A stretch of 62,844 nucleotides of DNA, filler included, from Stramenopiles sp. TOSAG23-2 (GCA_900128395.1; 17 parts of 17 records of this genome joined end to end with filler, not necessarily neighbours in it), one strand, 5' to 3'. Shown: positions 31,773 to 43,461, counted from the whole stretch's first letter. A program made the numbers and translations. Notes: generated by a model from the letters alone, not told the origin.

Positions 31773-32407
31773 AGCTCTATGTATCCGTACAGTGTGGCCT
31801 TTTACAGGTTTACCTTCAATAATCAAAATCTTTTTTTTTGTGCTGTGGCGAGCTGCATAATGGTATTCATGATTGTGAAGTTGAAGCATTAGTAAAACTG
31901 TTAGATGGTTATGATAGCGAAGGCACAGCATTAGAAAAACCGCGTTGCCCTAGCATGGGAATAGCAAGTAGGAAAATGCACGAAATGAATATAGAGGATG
32001 TGTTGTAAGTTGAATAAACAGCGACAATGGAACTTTTTTAAAACATGTACCCCCCCCCTTGTTTCTTACCAGGTTACTTTTTTTTAAAAAAAATTAAGGA
32101 AACCAGCATAAAAATTACAATAAACACAACATGTTGTATTTTAAAAAAATTAAGGAGTTTAGACAAATAGCAGGTCACAGCACCAAAACAGGAATTTTTA
32201 AAAAAGTTTAAGGGAAAGACCCTAAAAATATAATATGTAAATAGCAGGGGACCAAATGCTTTGAATTTAAGGAGTTTATACATTTTTTTACACTATCTAT
32301 TCCACTTNNNNNNNNNNNNNNNNNNNNNNNNNNNNNNNNNNNNNNNNNNNNTTAATTAATTAANNNNNNNNNNNNNNNNNNNNNNNNNNNNNNNNNNNNN
32401 NNNNNNN

Positions 32408-32777
32408 GAACGAATTTGTCCATCAACATGTAATATATGTGTTGGTTGTATTACACCCATTCCTACATAACCTTTTCGATCGATGACAATTTTTCCATTA
32501 TATAAGTTCAATGATGATTCTTCACCCATTTGTAAAACGCGTATTGTGTTAGAGTTACTCCCGGTGTCGCTACTACTTGCTTCTGCTTCTTTCACTTGAA
32601 AATCAATAAATGCATCACGTGTATGTGAAAATAATTGTAAACCGCCAGATGGCAGGAAACTCACGCCGCTAAATCCGTTTTTGTCTTGCACTTGTAATAC
32701 ATTGTTAAATAGCGCATTTCCCGATATTTTGATATTACCATTGATTTCTAATAAAGCTTTTTCGTCATGTGATGTAA
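32408..32777 (-). CDS. Internal fragment of a beta-rich protein with a tail-fibre-like G.VG.G...P...LHV.G.I repeat
   Basis: Open frame to the contig edge ending IVIDRKGYVGMGVIQPTHILHVDGQIR. Confidence 0.55.
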
Positions 32778-32790
32778 CTATATTACTTAC

Positions 32791-33079
32791 CACCACAATT
32801 ACTGACAAGAATATCACATCTTCCCCATTTAGCTATCATGGCATCGTAGACTTTATCAATCCCTTCTTGTTCTGTGATATCAGCACTTAAAGCTAATATA
32901 TTTTCTGGTTTTCCAGTTTTCTCTGCAATCATCTTTGCAGCTGCTTGTATGTCTTTTTCAGTTCGTGAGGAAATGCACACGCACGCACCGTTCATGGCCA
33001 ATGCCAATGCGGATGCTCGTCCTAAACCTTTTGAAGCGGCAGTGACCATGCATACTTTGTCAGTTAATCCTAAATCCAT
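32791..33079 (-). CDS. Short-chain dehydrogenase/reductase, first exon only
   Basis: MDLGLTDKVCMVTAASKGLGRA Rossmann motif and DILVSNCGG, followed by a GTAAGT donor at 32790; rest of the gene absent. Confidence 0.85.
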
Positions 33080-33628
33080 TTTATTGTTAAATTTATTATC
33101 GTTATTTTGTACATGTTCTGGTTCTTGTTCTCTTCATCTTTTGCAGTTTTCTAATTTATCTGTGGTTTGCTGTATCTTTCGTTTTTGATGAGATGATAGA
33201 TGATGTGGAGATGATGTTACATGATGTGATGTTTGGAGTAATACTTGGAAAACCAGCACACAATGCAGGTATACGTATAACCTTACCACATACATACAAC
33301 TGGTGTTAGTTATAGTAGACTATAAAATTAATACATGTAATGCTGTGTCCATACAAAATCAGATCAAAAAAGGCAAAAATAGAAAAATAGAAATAAAACT
33401 TCAAAGCGTAAACCAGTAAAAGCGTATATTGATATTAATGGAATTAATATATCATTAATATACATAAATTCATAAATCTTCTTGTTTTGAGAGGAGTGTG
33501 GTAGCAATTTTGTTCCCTAGAGATAAATTTTAATATAATGTTTGAGAGATGAAAGGTGTGTTTGAGTATGGCTCGTAGTTTTAAAATTTTTAAAACACAC
33601 ATGGCACCCATGCATTTTCCCTTTTCTA

Positions 33629-35689
33629 CTACAACCCATCAATCTCATCAAATTCTTTTTCTAAATCTGCAAAATCCGTATCATCAAATGCACTATCATC
33701 AAACTCATCATCATCACCGAGTAACGCTAATTCGGCATCTAAATCTTTCAATTCATCTTCTAACGTACCAATGCCATTGCTTGTATTAACACTAATATCT
33801 GGTGATTCTATATTAGCACTTGGCGTTGTTTTGTTCAATGATGATGATTTTTCTGTATTTTTATTTGTAGGTGTTCCACTATTCATTTTTATATCATCAT
33901 CAAGTTGTCTTATTTCATCACTAAATGATTCCAAACCAAGTTCTTGTTCTAATTCAGCCAATTCATCTAATGATTGATTTGATTCTTTTTCTAATTTCTT
34001 TTTTTTGAAATCGTCTTCATGCGTTTCTTTAATTATTTCTGTTGTCTTTGACTTGTTGTTTGATGACGTATTTACTTTTGAATCATTATTTTTTGATAAC
34101 GCTTTCGAAATTACTGATGATGCTTTTATTGGTTTGGACTTGACATAATTATTTGATAAAGGTTTCACAGGTGATGATGATTTCTCTGGTGAAATATTTG
34201 AAATATCATCGCTTTCATCTAACATACTAAATGCATCTTTTTTACTTTTTTTCGAATCAACATTTTTATTCCTATTGTTTCTAATATTGTTGTTGCTATC
34301 GTTGATTGGCCGTTTATCTACAATGGAACGCCATCCTTTTGCCTTTGCCTGTCTTATCTTTTCTTTTCGTTTTGATATTTCCGTCCAAAATTGTGAATTG
34401 GCTCGCATCACTTCATCATAATCACCTGTCAACACTGGTGAATCAAAATCCATTCCTAAAATATTATTTGAATCTGTTTTAGCCCGACGTCTTCTTGCGG
34501 GTTCAAAAATTAAATCAACAAAGAAATCTACATCAAATCTTCGATCATTTGCCGCACCATCGCATTGATTTTTAGGAAGGCGTTGAATACCTTGTGGTAT
34601 GTATCCTGTATGGAATGCCGCACGAAACATTGATAATCGTTTTCCATTTTCATTAACATGGCGACATCTTACAAGTATATCTCCATCTAATACACAATCA
34701 ATATTAAATGCAAATGATCCATCACTTTGAAAATATTTTGGTATCTCTTCAACTTGGTTGGAATCACTCCAAGTGCTACTATATAATAATTTACCATTTT
34801 TAAATACTTGCAAGTAAGGTCGACATCCATCGCATTGTGGTCCTTCGATGGTATTCCCATTATTGTTATTGTTATTGCCATTATTGGAGCCTCCTCCTTC
34901 TGAATTATTATTGCTTTTTCTCTTTTTATTATTATTTTTAAAAAAACGCGGGATGGTATTTATAATAACACGTTTTAATTTAACAGGCTCAGAACGCGGC
35001 TTTACGCCATCCATTACACTAGTGAAATATTGCACATATCGCCTTTGTGATGGTATCACCAATCTTTCCAAATTAGTACGTCTTTTATTTGCAACATGTT
35101 GCAACGCATCGATAGGTGATTCTATTTCGCCTATCCAGGATAATACGCAAGCAATCACACTTGCAGTACGACCACGTCCAGTCATACAATGGATGACAGC
35201 AACATTAGCTGTATCTTGTGATAGCCAGCTCTCCACCGATGTACATATTTGAAACATCAATCCTAATGGTGGCGCCGGGTGGCCAGGAAATTTGTATTCT
35301 TGAACTTGATTATTAAATAACTCATAATTATATTCTTCCTCACTTAAGTTCCAAATCATATAACGGTCTTTATGACTTGTATTTAATAAATCTGAAACTT
35401 CAGTTATTGGATTTCGTCTGCCACGTCTCGTAGCCTCGTCTGATTCTTGTGGAAATCCCATGGCAATAATTCGTGGAGTAACATATGTAACATCTAATCC
35501 ATTTACTAAATGATCGCCATTAGATCCATCTGGAATACCACTAACCATTGACTCTTCTAAACTATTCATTTGTTTTTGTAAGTTATCTAAATTAAACTGC
35601 GAAGTATCAACATTTTCCACAACTGTTTTAATTTTTTCCGCAGCAGTATTTGCAGCTTGTGTTATATTCGTTTTCAAATAATTAAACAT
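33629..35689 (-). CDS. PTEN/tensin-type phosphatase-like + C2 domain protein with acidic disordered tail
   Basis: LDVTYVTPRIIAMGFP, YMIWNLSE, HCMTGRGRT, IPSQRRYVQYF, CRPYLQVF, GDILVRCRH, MFRAAFHTGYI. Confidence 0.92.
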   Translation of the reverse strand: MFNYLKTNITQAANTAAEKIKTVVENVDTSQFNLDNLQKQMNSLEESMVSGIPDGSNGDHLVNGLDVTYVTPRIIAMGFPQESDEATRRGRRNPITEVSDLLNTSHKDRYMIWNLSEEEYNYELFNNQVQEYKFPGHPAPPLGLMFQICTSVESWLSQDTANVAVIHCMTGRGRTASVIACVLSWIGEIESPIDALQHVANKRRTNLERLVIPSQRRYVQYFTSVMDGVKPRSEPVKLKRVIINTIPRFFKNNNKKRKSNNNSEGGGSNNGNNNNNNGNTIEGPQCDGCRPYLQVFKNGKLLYSSTWSDSNQVEEIPKYFQSDGSFAFNIDCVLDGDILVRCRHVNENGKRLSMFRAAFHTGYIPQGIQRLPKNQCDGAANDRRFDVDFFVDLIFEPARRRRAKTDSNNILGMDFDSPVLTGDYDEVMRANSQFWTEISKRKEKIRQAKAKGWRSIVDKRPINDSNNNIRNNRNKNVDSKKSKKDAFSMLDESDDISNISPEKSSSPVKPLSNNYVKSKPIKASSVISKALSKNNDSKVNTSSNNKSKTTEIIKETHEDDFKKKKLEKESNQSLDELAELEQELGLESFSDEIRQLDDDIKMNSGTPTNKNTEKSSSLNKTTPSANIESPDISVNTSNGIGTLEDELKDLDAELALLGDDDEFDDSAFDDTDFADLEKEFDEIDGL

Positions 35690-36203
35690 TTTGTATATAT
35701 TAAAATTTTAATGGTAGATATTATTTGATGATAATGATATGGAATTGGATGTTGTACGTATTATATATATATGTACACACACACACACACACGCACATAG
35801 TATTATTACTTTTTCTTTCATCAATTTACAGTCGTAAATAATATAATTACAGTATTTTAATGATGATGTGATGCATCTTGAAAAAAATTGGGAGAGTTAT
35901 TAAGGATCTCACCTGAGCACATTTTGCACCATCACAATGATGTATGCCTGCTGGGCCTGCTCCGGATAGCTGGCCTTGGCTGGATAGCTGTTATATCATA
36001 GCTAACATTTTTTTTTTTATTCGTCGTCTTCATTCTTCTTTCTTCATGTGTTGTTGTTTATTACAGTATTGATTTAATTTTCGTTTGCCCAAAATACATA
36101 TTATAAATACTATCGGATATATCGGACAATAGAATAAGATCAAGAATATCAACCTATAATCATCTGTACAAAACCATCAACATTAAAATCATAATCAATC
36201 GAA

Positions 36204-36337
36204 ATGTCTCAAGATAATGACTATTTAAAAAAGCAAACCCAACGCTTTAATAGAAATACGAAAAAAATGAAGAGGAAAATGAAAGAAAGGCATGAAAAAC
36301 AATTAAGAATATTCTTACAAAGACAATTAGGAGATGC
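36204..36337 (+). CDS. N-terminal fragment of a hypothetical protein (3' truncated)
   Basis: ATG in A-rich context, open to the contig end, divergent from the PTEN-like gene. Confidence 0.45.
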
Positions 36338-36438
36338 NNNNNNNNNNNNNNNNNNNNNNNNNNNNNNNNNNNNNNNNNNNNTTAATTAATTAANNNNNNN
36401 NNNNNNNNNNNNNNNNNNNNNNNNNNNNNNNNNNNNNA

Positions 36439-37740
36439 AAAAGTGGTGGTTCAAAAAAGAAAAAAGCTACTAAATCAAGCAGAAGTTCAAATAAACCAAC
36501 ACCAAGACCACCTATTCCATCTAATAAAGTATTAAGAAAGAAAAAGAAAAGTAAAAAAAGCAAGAAAAGCAACAACAATAGTAATAATAATAACAACAAC
36601 AATGCAGTTAAATCCGCTGATGTACTTATTGAAGGGAACGATGGTGGTGGATCGATGGAGAACAATAACAATAATAATCAAGAGGATGAATCGCCAGAAA
36701 CAAATGATGTTCCAGAGGAGGAAGATATTAGTAATGAAAACAATAATAACGAGGGAGAAGATGATGCACGTTTGGAAAATGATGAACGTGCGAATTCACC
36801 AGATTTAACAAATTTAATCTCCAATGTTGATGAAGTGAAAGCTGGGCAACCATTGTGGGATTTATTATGGAAAACAAGAGCTACTGCAGATACAAAAGCA
36901 TCCATTTCACCACGAAGAGCAAGAAGGGAAGAAAGTCAAAAGCGGCATAGAATGTACAAAAAATTGTTACGGGAACAATTACGTGCAGTTGAAAAACAAG
37001 TTGCGACACGAAAAGAAGCGGAAGGCTCACGTTCACGCGCAGAAGCACATAAACGTCGTGTAGAGACTATTCAACAACAACGCTTGCATCAGGATTTAAG
37101 ACGTGCTGCACTTGCAAGAATGGCAAGGAGAAGAAGAGAAGAGGAACGTACGGTTGATCGTTTGTTTAAAGCTGCATTGAAAGTTGAACGTAGACGTTTA
37201 GCAGAGCAAAGAGCGGAAACAAGACGTGCGGCAAAATTAGCAGAAATTGAGAAAAAAATGCGCTTAAATAATATTGAAATGACATATGCAGATAGAAGAA
37301 AGATGATTGCTGAGCAAGTTAAGCGAGAGCAGAAAGATCGTGAAATTGCACAATATGCACAAAAAATGGAAATAGAAAAAATGGCGCGTGATTTAAGAAA
37401 AGCAGAGAAACAACGTATACAAGAATTAATTGTACAATTAGAAGCACAAGATGCACAGGATAAAGATTCAGATTGGACGGGATTGGATGCATTAGCATTA
37501 GAAGGGCCACAAGCAGCTGGAAAATTACGTCAAATGTTAGTTAAATATTTAGGTGGAAATGCAAAAGATGCTTGGGCAAAAAAAGCAGCAAAAAAAGCTG
37601 CTCAAATGGCAATGCAAACGGCTGGGCCAAGTTTAATGGATAGTGTTAGAAGCAGCGCAAGCTCAAAAAGGCAACGAAAGAAGTTTCAACGCAAAAAGAA
37701 GCAAGAGAAAGTTGCCAAGTTATTAGAAGCTTATTGTTAA
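36439..37740 (+). CDS. Coiled-coil protein, CEP95-like C-terminus (5' truncated)
   Basis: REEERTVDRLFKAALKVERRRL...LNNIEMTYADRRKMIAEQV...AQKMEIEKMARDLR recalls the CEP95 C-terminal coiled coil; frame open from the contig start. Confidence 0.65.
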   Translation, partial: KSGGSKKKKATKSSRSSNKPTPRPPIPSNKVLRKKKKSKKSKKSNNNSNNNNNNNAVKSADVLIEGNDGGGSMENNNNNNQEDESPETNDVPEEEDISNENNNNEGEDDARLENDERANSPDLTNLISNVDEVKAGQPLWDLLWKTRATADTKASISPRRARREESQKRHRMYKKLLREQLRAVEKQVATRKEAEGSRSRAEAHKRRVETIQQQRLHQDLRRAALARMARRRREEERTVDRLFKAALKVERRRLAEQRAETRRAAKLAEIEKKMRLNNIEMTYADRRKMIAEQVKREQKDREIAQYAQKMEIEKMARDLRKAEKQRIQELIVQLEAQDAQDKDSDWTGLDALALEGPQAAGKLRQMLVKYLGGNAKDAWAKKAAKKAAQMAMQTAGPSLMDSVRSSASSKRQRKKFQRKKKQEKVAKLLEAYC

Positions 37741-37890
37741 AAAAAAATTTTATTAAATTATTACGAGTAAAAATATTAAAAGAAAATATCGTATGCATAT
37801 TTTTTATTTTTATTACTCGTGCACTCGTATCATTAATCATAAGTGTAGTATCATATGATATACGTACGAACGGTTCGTACATATTTTCTT

Positions 37891-40014
37891 TTATTGAACA
37901 TTCATGACACCATTGCTACGTATATCGCTGCTACTAGATCCAACTGAAATATCAGCTTTACCAACTTTCAATGACCATGATTTTGAATCAACATTCCAAT
38001 ATGATAAATCACGATCTGTTAACGTAAATGTTGCAGTAATAGATTCGCCTGGGCTTAAATAATACTTTTCAAATCCTTTCAATTGTTTAACAGGCTCCTC
38101 GCGTTGATCTGGGCCAAATTTTTGATCACCAAAACCTACATATAATTGCACAACTTCAGCTCCATCCACTTTTCCCGTGTTTGTAAGATCAACTGATACT
38201 GTTCTTCCATCGATTGATAATTTACTATATGAAAATGTCGTGTAAGATAACCCATGCCCAAACGAAAATTTTGGTGTTACTTTATGTTTGTCATACCACC
38301 TATAGCCAAAGAAAAATCCTTCCGAGTATGTAGCGTTCTCCCCATTCTGTAAGCCTGGATATTGTGCTACGGTCATTTCCTGTTCATTTTCTTTATTTGG
38401 AAAGGTTAATGGTAATTTGCCACTTGGATTTACTTCACCAAACAAAACATTCGTAATTGCATCACCCATTGCTTGCCCAGGCATAAAATTCAATAATATT
38501 GAATCCATACCGTCAGCCCAAGGTGTTAATACTGCCCCTGGAGTGGACATGACAAGTACTTTTCTAAAGCTATTGCCTTCCACTTGTCCCCAATTTGTTG
38601 TATATTGATCCTGGCCATTCGCAAATGATAAATTTGGACGGTCACTTCCTTCGGAACTTGAAGTCTGGATGAATAATATTGCAACATTATAATCTTTTGA
38701 TGCTGTTGCTGGTGGGTTTTCCGAACCATCGTTATAAGTAACGCAATTACCATTATCACTACTACATTTTGATAATGTTCCAGTACTAGGGTCAATACGA
38801 TCCACACCCAGCATATCACAGATGGACCACAATGGTGGTTTAACCCAAGCTGGTACAACTTGACCACTTCCACCACCATGTACAACTGGTTGCCAACTCT
38901 GCACACCTACTACAACGACTTTTAAATTCGCTTTTTGCAATGGCAATGCCTCATTAACATTTTTCAGCAAGATGGTACTGTTTTCAGATATTTTTTGTGC
39001 AATATCATTCTGTTCGATAGATGTAACATTGCTACTAATTTGATTTGTATTTGGTTTATCCATAACACCAACTGCGAAGAATCCTGTTAAAATGCGAACA
39101 ACACTATCATCAATTGCATGTTGTGGTTTTGAATCTAAGCTTGTTTGATTGAAAAAATTATTGGAAGGCATTTCTTGATCTAATCCTTGTTCAATCGATA
39201 ATGAATGTGTAGCACCCCAATCCGACATAACATATCCATCAAATCCCATGCGTACTTTAAGATCAGTCATTAATGTACCATTGTTCTCACAACTGTATAC
39301 GTGATTGATTTTATTATAACTGCACATCATTGAACCAACATTTGCTTCAATTGCTCCAACAAATGGTGGATAATACATTTCAAACCTTGTACGTTCATCC
39401 ACATTTTCACTTACACTACCACGATTTGTTTCTTGATTGTTATTGACGTAATGTTTTGCATTTGCAACAACCTGTTGGGATTGTATGCCATTAATAGCAT
39501 CTTGTACCAATACATAACCAAGGAAAGGATCTTCGCCTGATAAATATTCAAAATTACGTCCGTTTTTCGGAATACGAGCAACACACACTCCCGGTCCAAG
39601 TTGAACATTAGCACCTTTTAAATAGAATTCTTTTCCCATACCTTCACCCCAAGCTTGAAGCGTTTCCCTTTGCCAAGAAGCTGCAGCGGTTAGCCCCGAG
39701 GGCCATGCTGTTGTTGATCCTGGAATAGCATCATCTCTGAAACCTTGTGGACCATCGTTGTATTTTAACGAAGGGATGTTTAATCGTGGAATCGCTGCAA
39801 CATTGCCAACATATGGCCATTCCTTGCTTTGACACCCATATCCATATAACATACCTTTTTTCTCCTCTGCCGTCATTTGATTCATAAGCGCACGTGCACG
39901 GTTTTTTGGGTCTAAATTTTTATTCATCCATGGTTGTTGTTTTGAATTGCTTTCTGCAATGACAGTGGCAATGACTAAGCATACTGCCACCGATAAAAGT
40001 ATAATAGTTTTCAT
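37891..40014 (-). CDS. Secreted glycoside hydrolase family 3 beta-glucosidase
   Basis: Signal peptide; DGPQG, GRNFEYLSGEDP, KHYVNNNQET, MCSYNK, VMSDWGA (nucleophile), NPSGKLPLTF, FGHGLSYT, GAEVVQLY, LKGFEK. Confidence 0.96.
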   Translation of the reverse strand: MKTIILLSVAVCLVIATVIAESNSKQQPWMNKNLDPKNRARALMNQMTAEEKKGMLYGYGCQSKEWPYVGNVAAIPRLNIPSLKYNDGPQGFRDDAIPGSTTAWPSGLTAAASWQRETLQAWGEGMGKEFYLKGANVQLGPGVCVARIPKNGRNFEYLSGEDPFLGYVLVQDAINGIQSQQVVANAKHYVNNNQETNRGSVSENVDERTRFEMYYPPFVGAIEANVGSMMCSYNKINHVYSCENNGTLMTDLKVRMGFDGYVMSDWGATHSLSIEQGLDQEMPSNNFFNQTSLDSKPQHAIDDSVVRILTGFFAVGVMDKPNTNQISSNVTSIEQNDIAQKISENSTILLKNVNEALPLQKANLKVVVVGVQSWQPVVHGGGSGQVVPAWVKPPLWSICDMLGVDRIDPSTGTLSKCSSDNGNCVTYNDGSENPPATASKDYNVAILFIQTSSSEGSDRPNLSFANGQDQYTTNWGQVEGNSFRKVLVMSTPGAVLTPWADGMDSILLNFMPGQAMGDAITNVLFGEVNPSGKLPLTFPNKENEQEMTVAQYPGLQNGENATYSEGFFFGYRWYDKHKVTPKFSFGHGLSYTTFSYSKLSIDGRTVSVDLTNTGKVDGAEVVQLYVGFGDQKFGPDQREEPVKQLKGFEKYYLSPGESITATFTLTDRDLSYWNVDSKSWSLKVGKADISVGSSSSDIRSNGVMNVQ

Positions 40015-40462
40015 TGTTATTATAGTACTTATTGTATTTGTTCTTCGTTCTCTTTTTTAATTATTATTATTATTGTTAGTATTGTTTCTTTCTTTTAAAA
40101 TTCAGAATATCTCTTGGTTTTTCTAAATATATATATATTTTGGATTGTGAAAAATAATATCTTAATAATCTTTGGTATATGACACTGTAATAGTACATTA
40201 TTATTTAGGCTTCTTCTTATAGTGCTTTGTGTCTTGTGTCTTCTTCTGCTGGTGTGGGTTTATCCTCCTATAGCAGGTAAATAGTGTTGTTTCAACAAAA
40301 ACGCGGTCTTTGAAATAGGTGCATAGGTGGTCAGACGAAATTATGGTTGAAAAATGAAAAAANNNNNNNNNNNNNNNNNNNNNNNNNNNNNNNNNNNNNN
40401 NNNNNNTTAATTAATTAANNNNNNNNNNNNNNNNNNNNNNNNNNNNNNNNNNNNNNNNNNNN

Positions 40463-42233
40463 CGAAAGAAATCAGCAGATGGAGAAGTGCTTATTGATAA
40501 GTTAAAAAGTGAATTACGCATTCAACTCGATAAACGAAAATTGCAAAATGAACAGTTTACAGTTATGCGTGAATTGCTTGCGCAAGCACAATCTGAATTG
40601 AAAACACGTGCAGCTGAAGTTTCAGAAATAAAAACAAAGATGAAAACAGATCGTGAAACATTTGAAAAAAATATGGATTTGGCAGAGAAAGAAAAAGCTG
40701 CGGAGATGGAAAAAATTATACAGACACGATTACTTGCTGCGCGCAAAGTTGCTGATGCAGAAATTGACGGTGTAAGAGATGAATTGAAACGGCCGGCAGA
40801 AAGGCTTGTAGAGGAAATGAAACAACGTCGAAAATTACATAATGAAATCATGGAATTGAAAGGGAATATTCGTGTATATTGTCGTTCTCGCCCTGTAAAT
40901 AAAACAGAAATAGCAGCTGGTGAGGAAAATGCCCGCCAAGTAGTTGGAATGCCACATGCTGAAGAGGGAATCATAATAGTAAATGCATTGCTTGAGAATC
41001 GGCAAATACGTAGTAATTTTGAATTTGATGCTAGTTTTGGTGGCCAATCAACACAACAAAATGTATTTAAAAAGGTACAACCTTTTGTAATAAGTAAGTA
41101 TATAACTGTGTATCATATATTGATGCATTAGACGGACTATATATCGAGAAACAAAATAAATCATTATTAACAAGTAAATTTACTTTATATTTTCGGATCC
41201 AATCCGTTGCTATTAAATGAAAAATATAAGGCGCCATGGATGGCTTTAATTGTTGTATATTTGCATATGGTCAAACAGGTAGTGGGAAAACATTTACCAT
41301 GGAAGGACCACCAAAGAATCGAGGAGTCAATGTGAGAGCATTAGATGCGATGTTTACGGAAGCTCACGCTCGAAAAAAAAGCCTTGGTATGGATTATCTC
41401 TTCTCCGTGACCATGTGTGAAATATATAGGGAAGAAGTATATGATTTATTACCAGAAACGCAAAATGAAAGTGGTTTTCGCCAAAAAATTAATTTGCGTC
41501 AAGGAAAAAAAGGTGTTTATGCAGAAGGGTTAAATTTAGTATCTGTGGAAAATGCTGCAGACGTTGAAAATTTAGTGAAGCGTGGAAATAAAAATCGCAG
41601 TGTTGGATCCCATAATTTCAATGAACATAGTAGTCGTAGTCATTTAGTAGTTACAGTGCAAATAACACGGCAACATGAAGTCGACGGCAATATGCGTATG
41701 TTAAATTTCTCTTTCCTTTCATCTCTTTTATATATTATAAAAACGAAACTAACACAAAGTTAAATGTATACTGTGCATATACAACTATATATATATATAT
41801 ATATAATACGGACTGTGAATTAAACATATATATATGGAAAATAGGTACCAGAATTTCATCATTAAATTTGATTGATCTGGCAGGTAGCGAACGCATTAGC
41901 AAAACTGATGCTAGTGGAGAAAGATTGAAAGAAGCTCAAAGTATTAATAAAAGTTTATCTGCACTTGGTGATGTAATTGGCTCATTAGGAGGTAGTAGCA
42001 AACATGTACCATACCGTAATTCAAAATTAACATGGTTATTAAGTTCATCATTGAGTGGAAATTCCAAAGTATTAATGTTTGTCTGTGTGTCACCTTCACG
42101 TATGTGCGTTTCTGAAACGATGTGCTCTTTAAATTTTGCACAAAGATGCCATGCAACTGAATTAGGAAAGGCAAAAAAAGTAGGAGAACGGAGCAGTAGT
42201 AGTGGCTTAAAACGTGGCTCTGGTAGGAGATGA
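40463..42233 (+). CDS. Kinesin-14 (C-terminal motor, KIFC3-like), 5' truncated; exons <40463-41093, 41231-41695, 41845-42233
   Basis: Neck [49 protein letters not shown]; two GT-AG introns restore the frame. Confidence 0.95.
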
Positions 42234-42792
42234 TCGCAGGAGATCGTATTTTTATATTTTGAGGGAAATTTCGTGTATTATGATATTCGTATATTATATT
42301 ATTTTTACGTACGCATTTTTGATATATATGGTACGATTGTACACTGGATGGAGGATGCAGGGGATCTCGTAATGATAAAATGATGTTTTATACGAAGTAA
42401 ATATAAAATCTAAAGTTGTAATATTCAAATAATAATGATATCATAATTATTTTTTAAATATGTAAAAATATAGGATACGAATACATACCTACTTTCGTAA
42501 AAAAATTTACGAAGTCGTAATAAAAAAATACTCGTATATGATGCGTACACAATAATCTAAATCATACAAGCTGTTCATAATATTATTTTTATACATGTAA
42601 TAAATAGTGTTTAAATACGCGCTCGTAATAATTTATATACACACTCTCCTACACGCTCTCGGGCGAAAATATTACCCAGAATCATTAATTGATGTTCTTG
42701 AATCCTTGTTGAAAATATTATCTGTACTGATTTGATATGATATTATCAGAGATGACTATAAAACATGTTTATAGAGATATCAATATAGATGC

Positions 42793-43461
42793 TCAACTTT
42801 GAAACATATTTTTATACAATTTCTTTTGCTTTTTATTTTCACGTTTGTACAATTTATCCAAACGTATCATTGTTTTATGAATGTACTTTTCGGTACCTCC
42901 TTGTAATTCATTTGCTCGATTTAGATATGCCTTTGCTTGATCCAAGTCGGCAACTAACATATATGCTTCAGCTAATCGTAGGTTTGCTTTCCAATATTGC
43001 GGTTTAGAGTTTAATGCTTTTTTTGCGTACTGAATTGCATTTCGGCCATCTTTCAGTTTAAGATAGCAGAAGCAAATATTTAAATTCGTAGTAGCATGCA
43101 ATTCCGCACAAGCTAGGCTTTGTTCCTCTGTTATGTTATTTACGTCGTCATTTGAACTTTTTATCATACTACTCATTTGACCAGCTTCACCCTCCGCTTT
43201 TTGTCCAGGTAACCCGGTTGTATATGCAAACACATAGTGGTATTTGCTTATGGCACTTTTGTATTTGCCTTTTTTAAATTTCTTATTTGCTAATTCTTTG
43301 TAAGTAATTGCTTTCGCTATTTTCTCGTCAATACTTACAGGAACACGTTCAGTTTTTATTTCAGATTCACCATTTTTATTTTCATCATCATCATTATTCC
43401 TATTTTGTACATTTGCTTTCTCAACATTATTATTATTATTATCCGTAGCTAATGCAGACAT
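42793..43461 (-). CDS. TTC9-like TPR protein
   Basis: Three TPRs (YKELANKKFKKGKYKSAISKYH; NLNICFCYLK; KANLRLAEAY) and a KQKKLYKNMF tail. Confidence 0.8.
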   Translation of the reverse strand: MSALATDNNNNNVEKANVQNRNNDDDENKNGESEIKTERVPVSIDEKIAKAITYKELANKKFKKGKYKSAISKYHYVFAYTTGLPGQKAEGEAGQMSSMIKSSNDDVNNITEEQSLACAELHATTNLNICFCYLKLKDGRNAIQYAKKALNSKPQYWKANLRLAEAYMLVADLDQAKAYLNRANELQGGTEKYIHKTMIRLDKLYKRENKKQKKLYKNMFQS

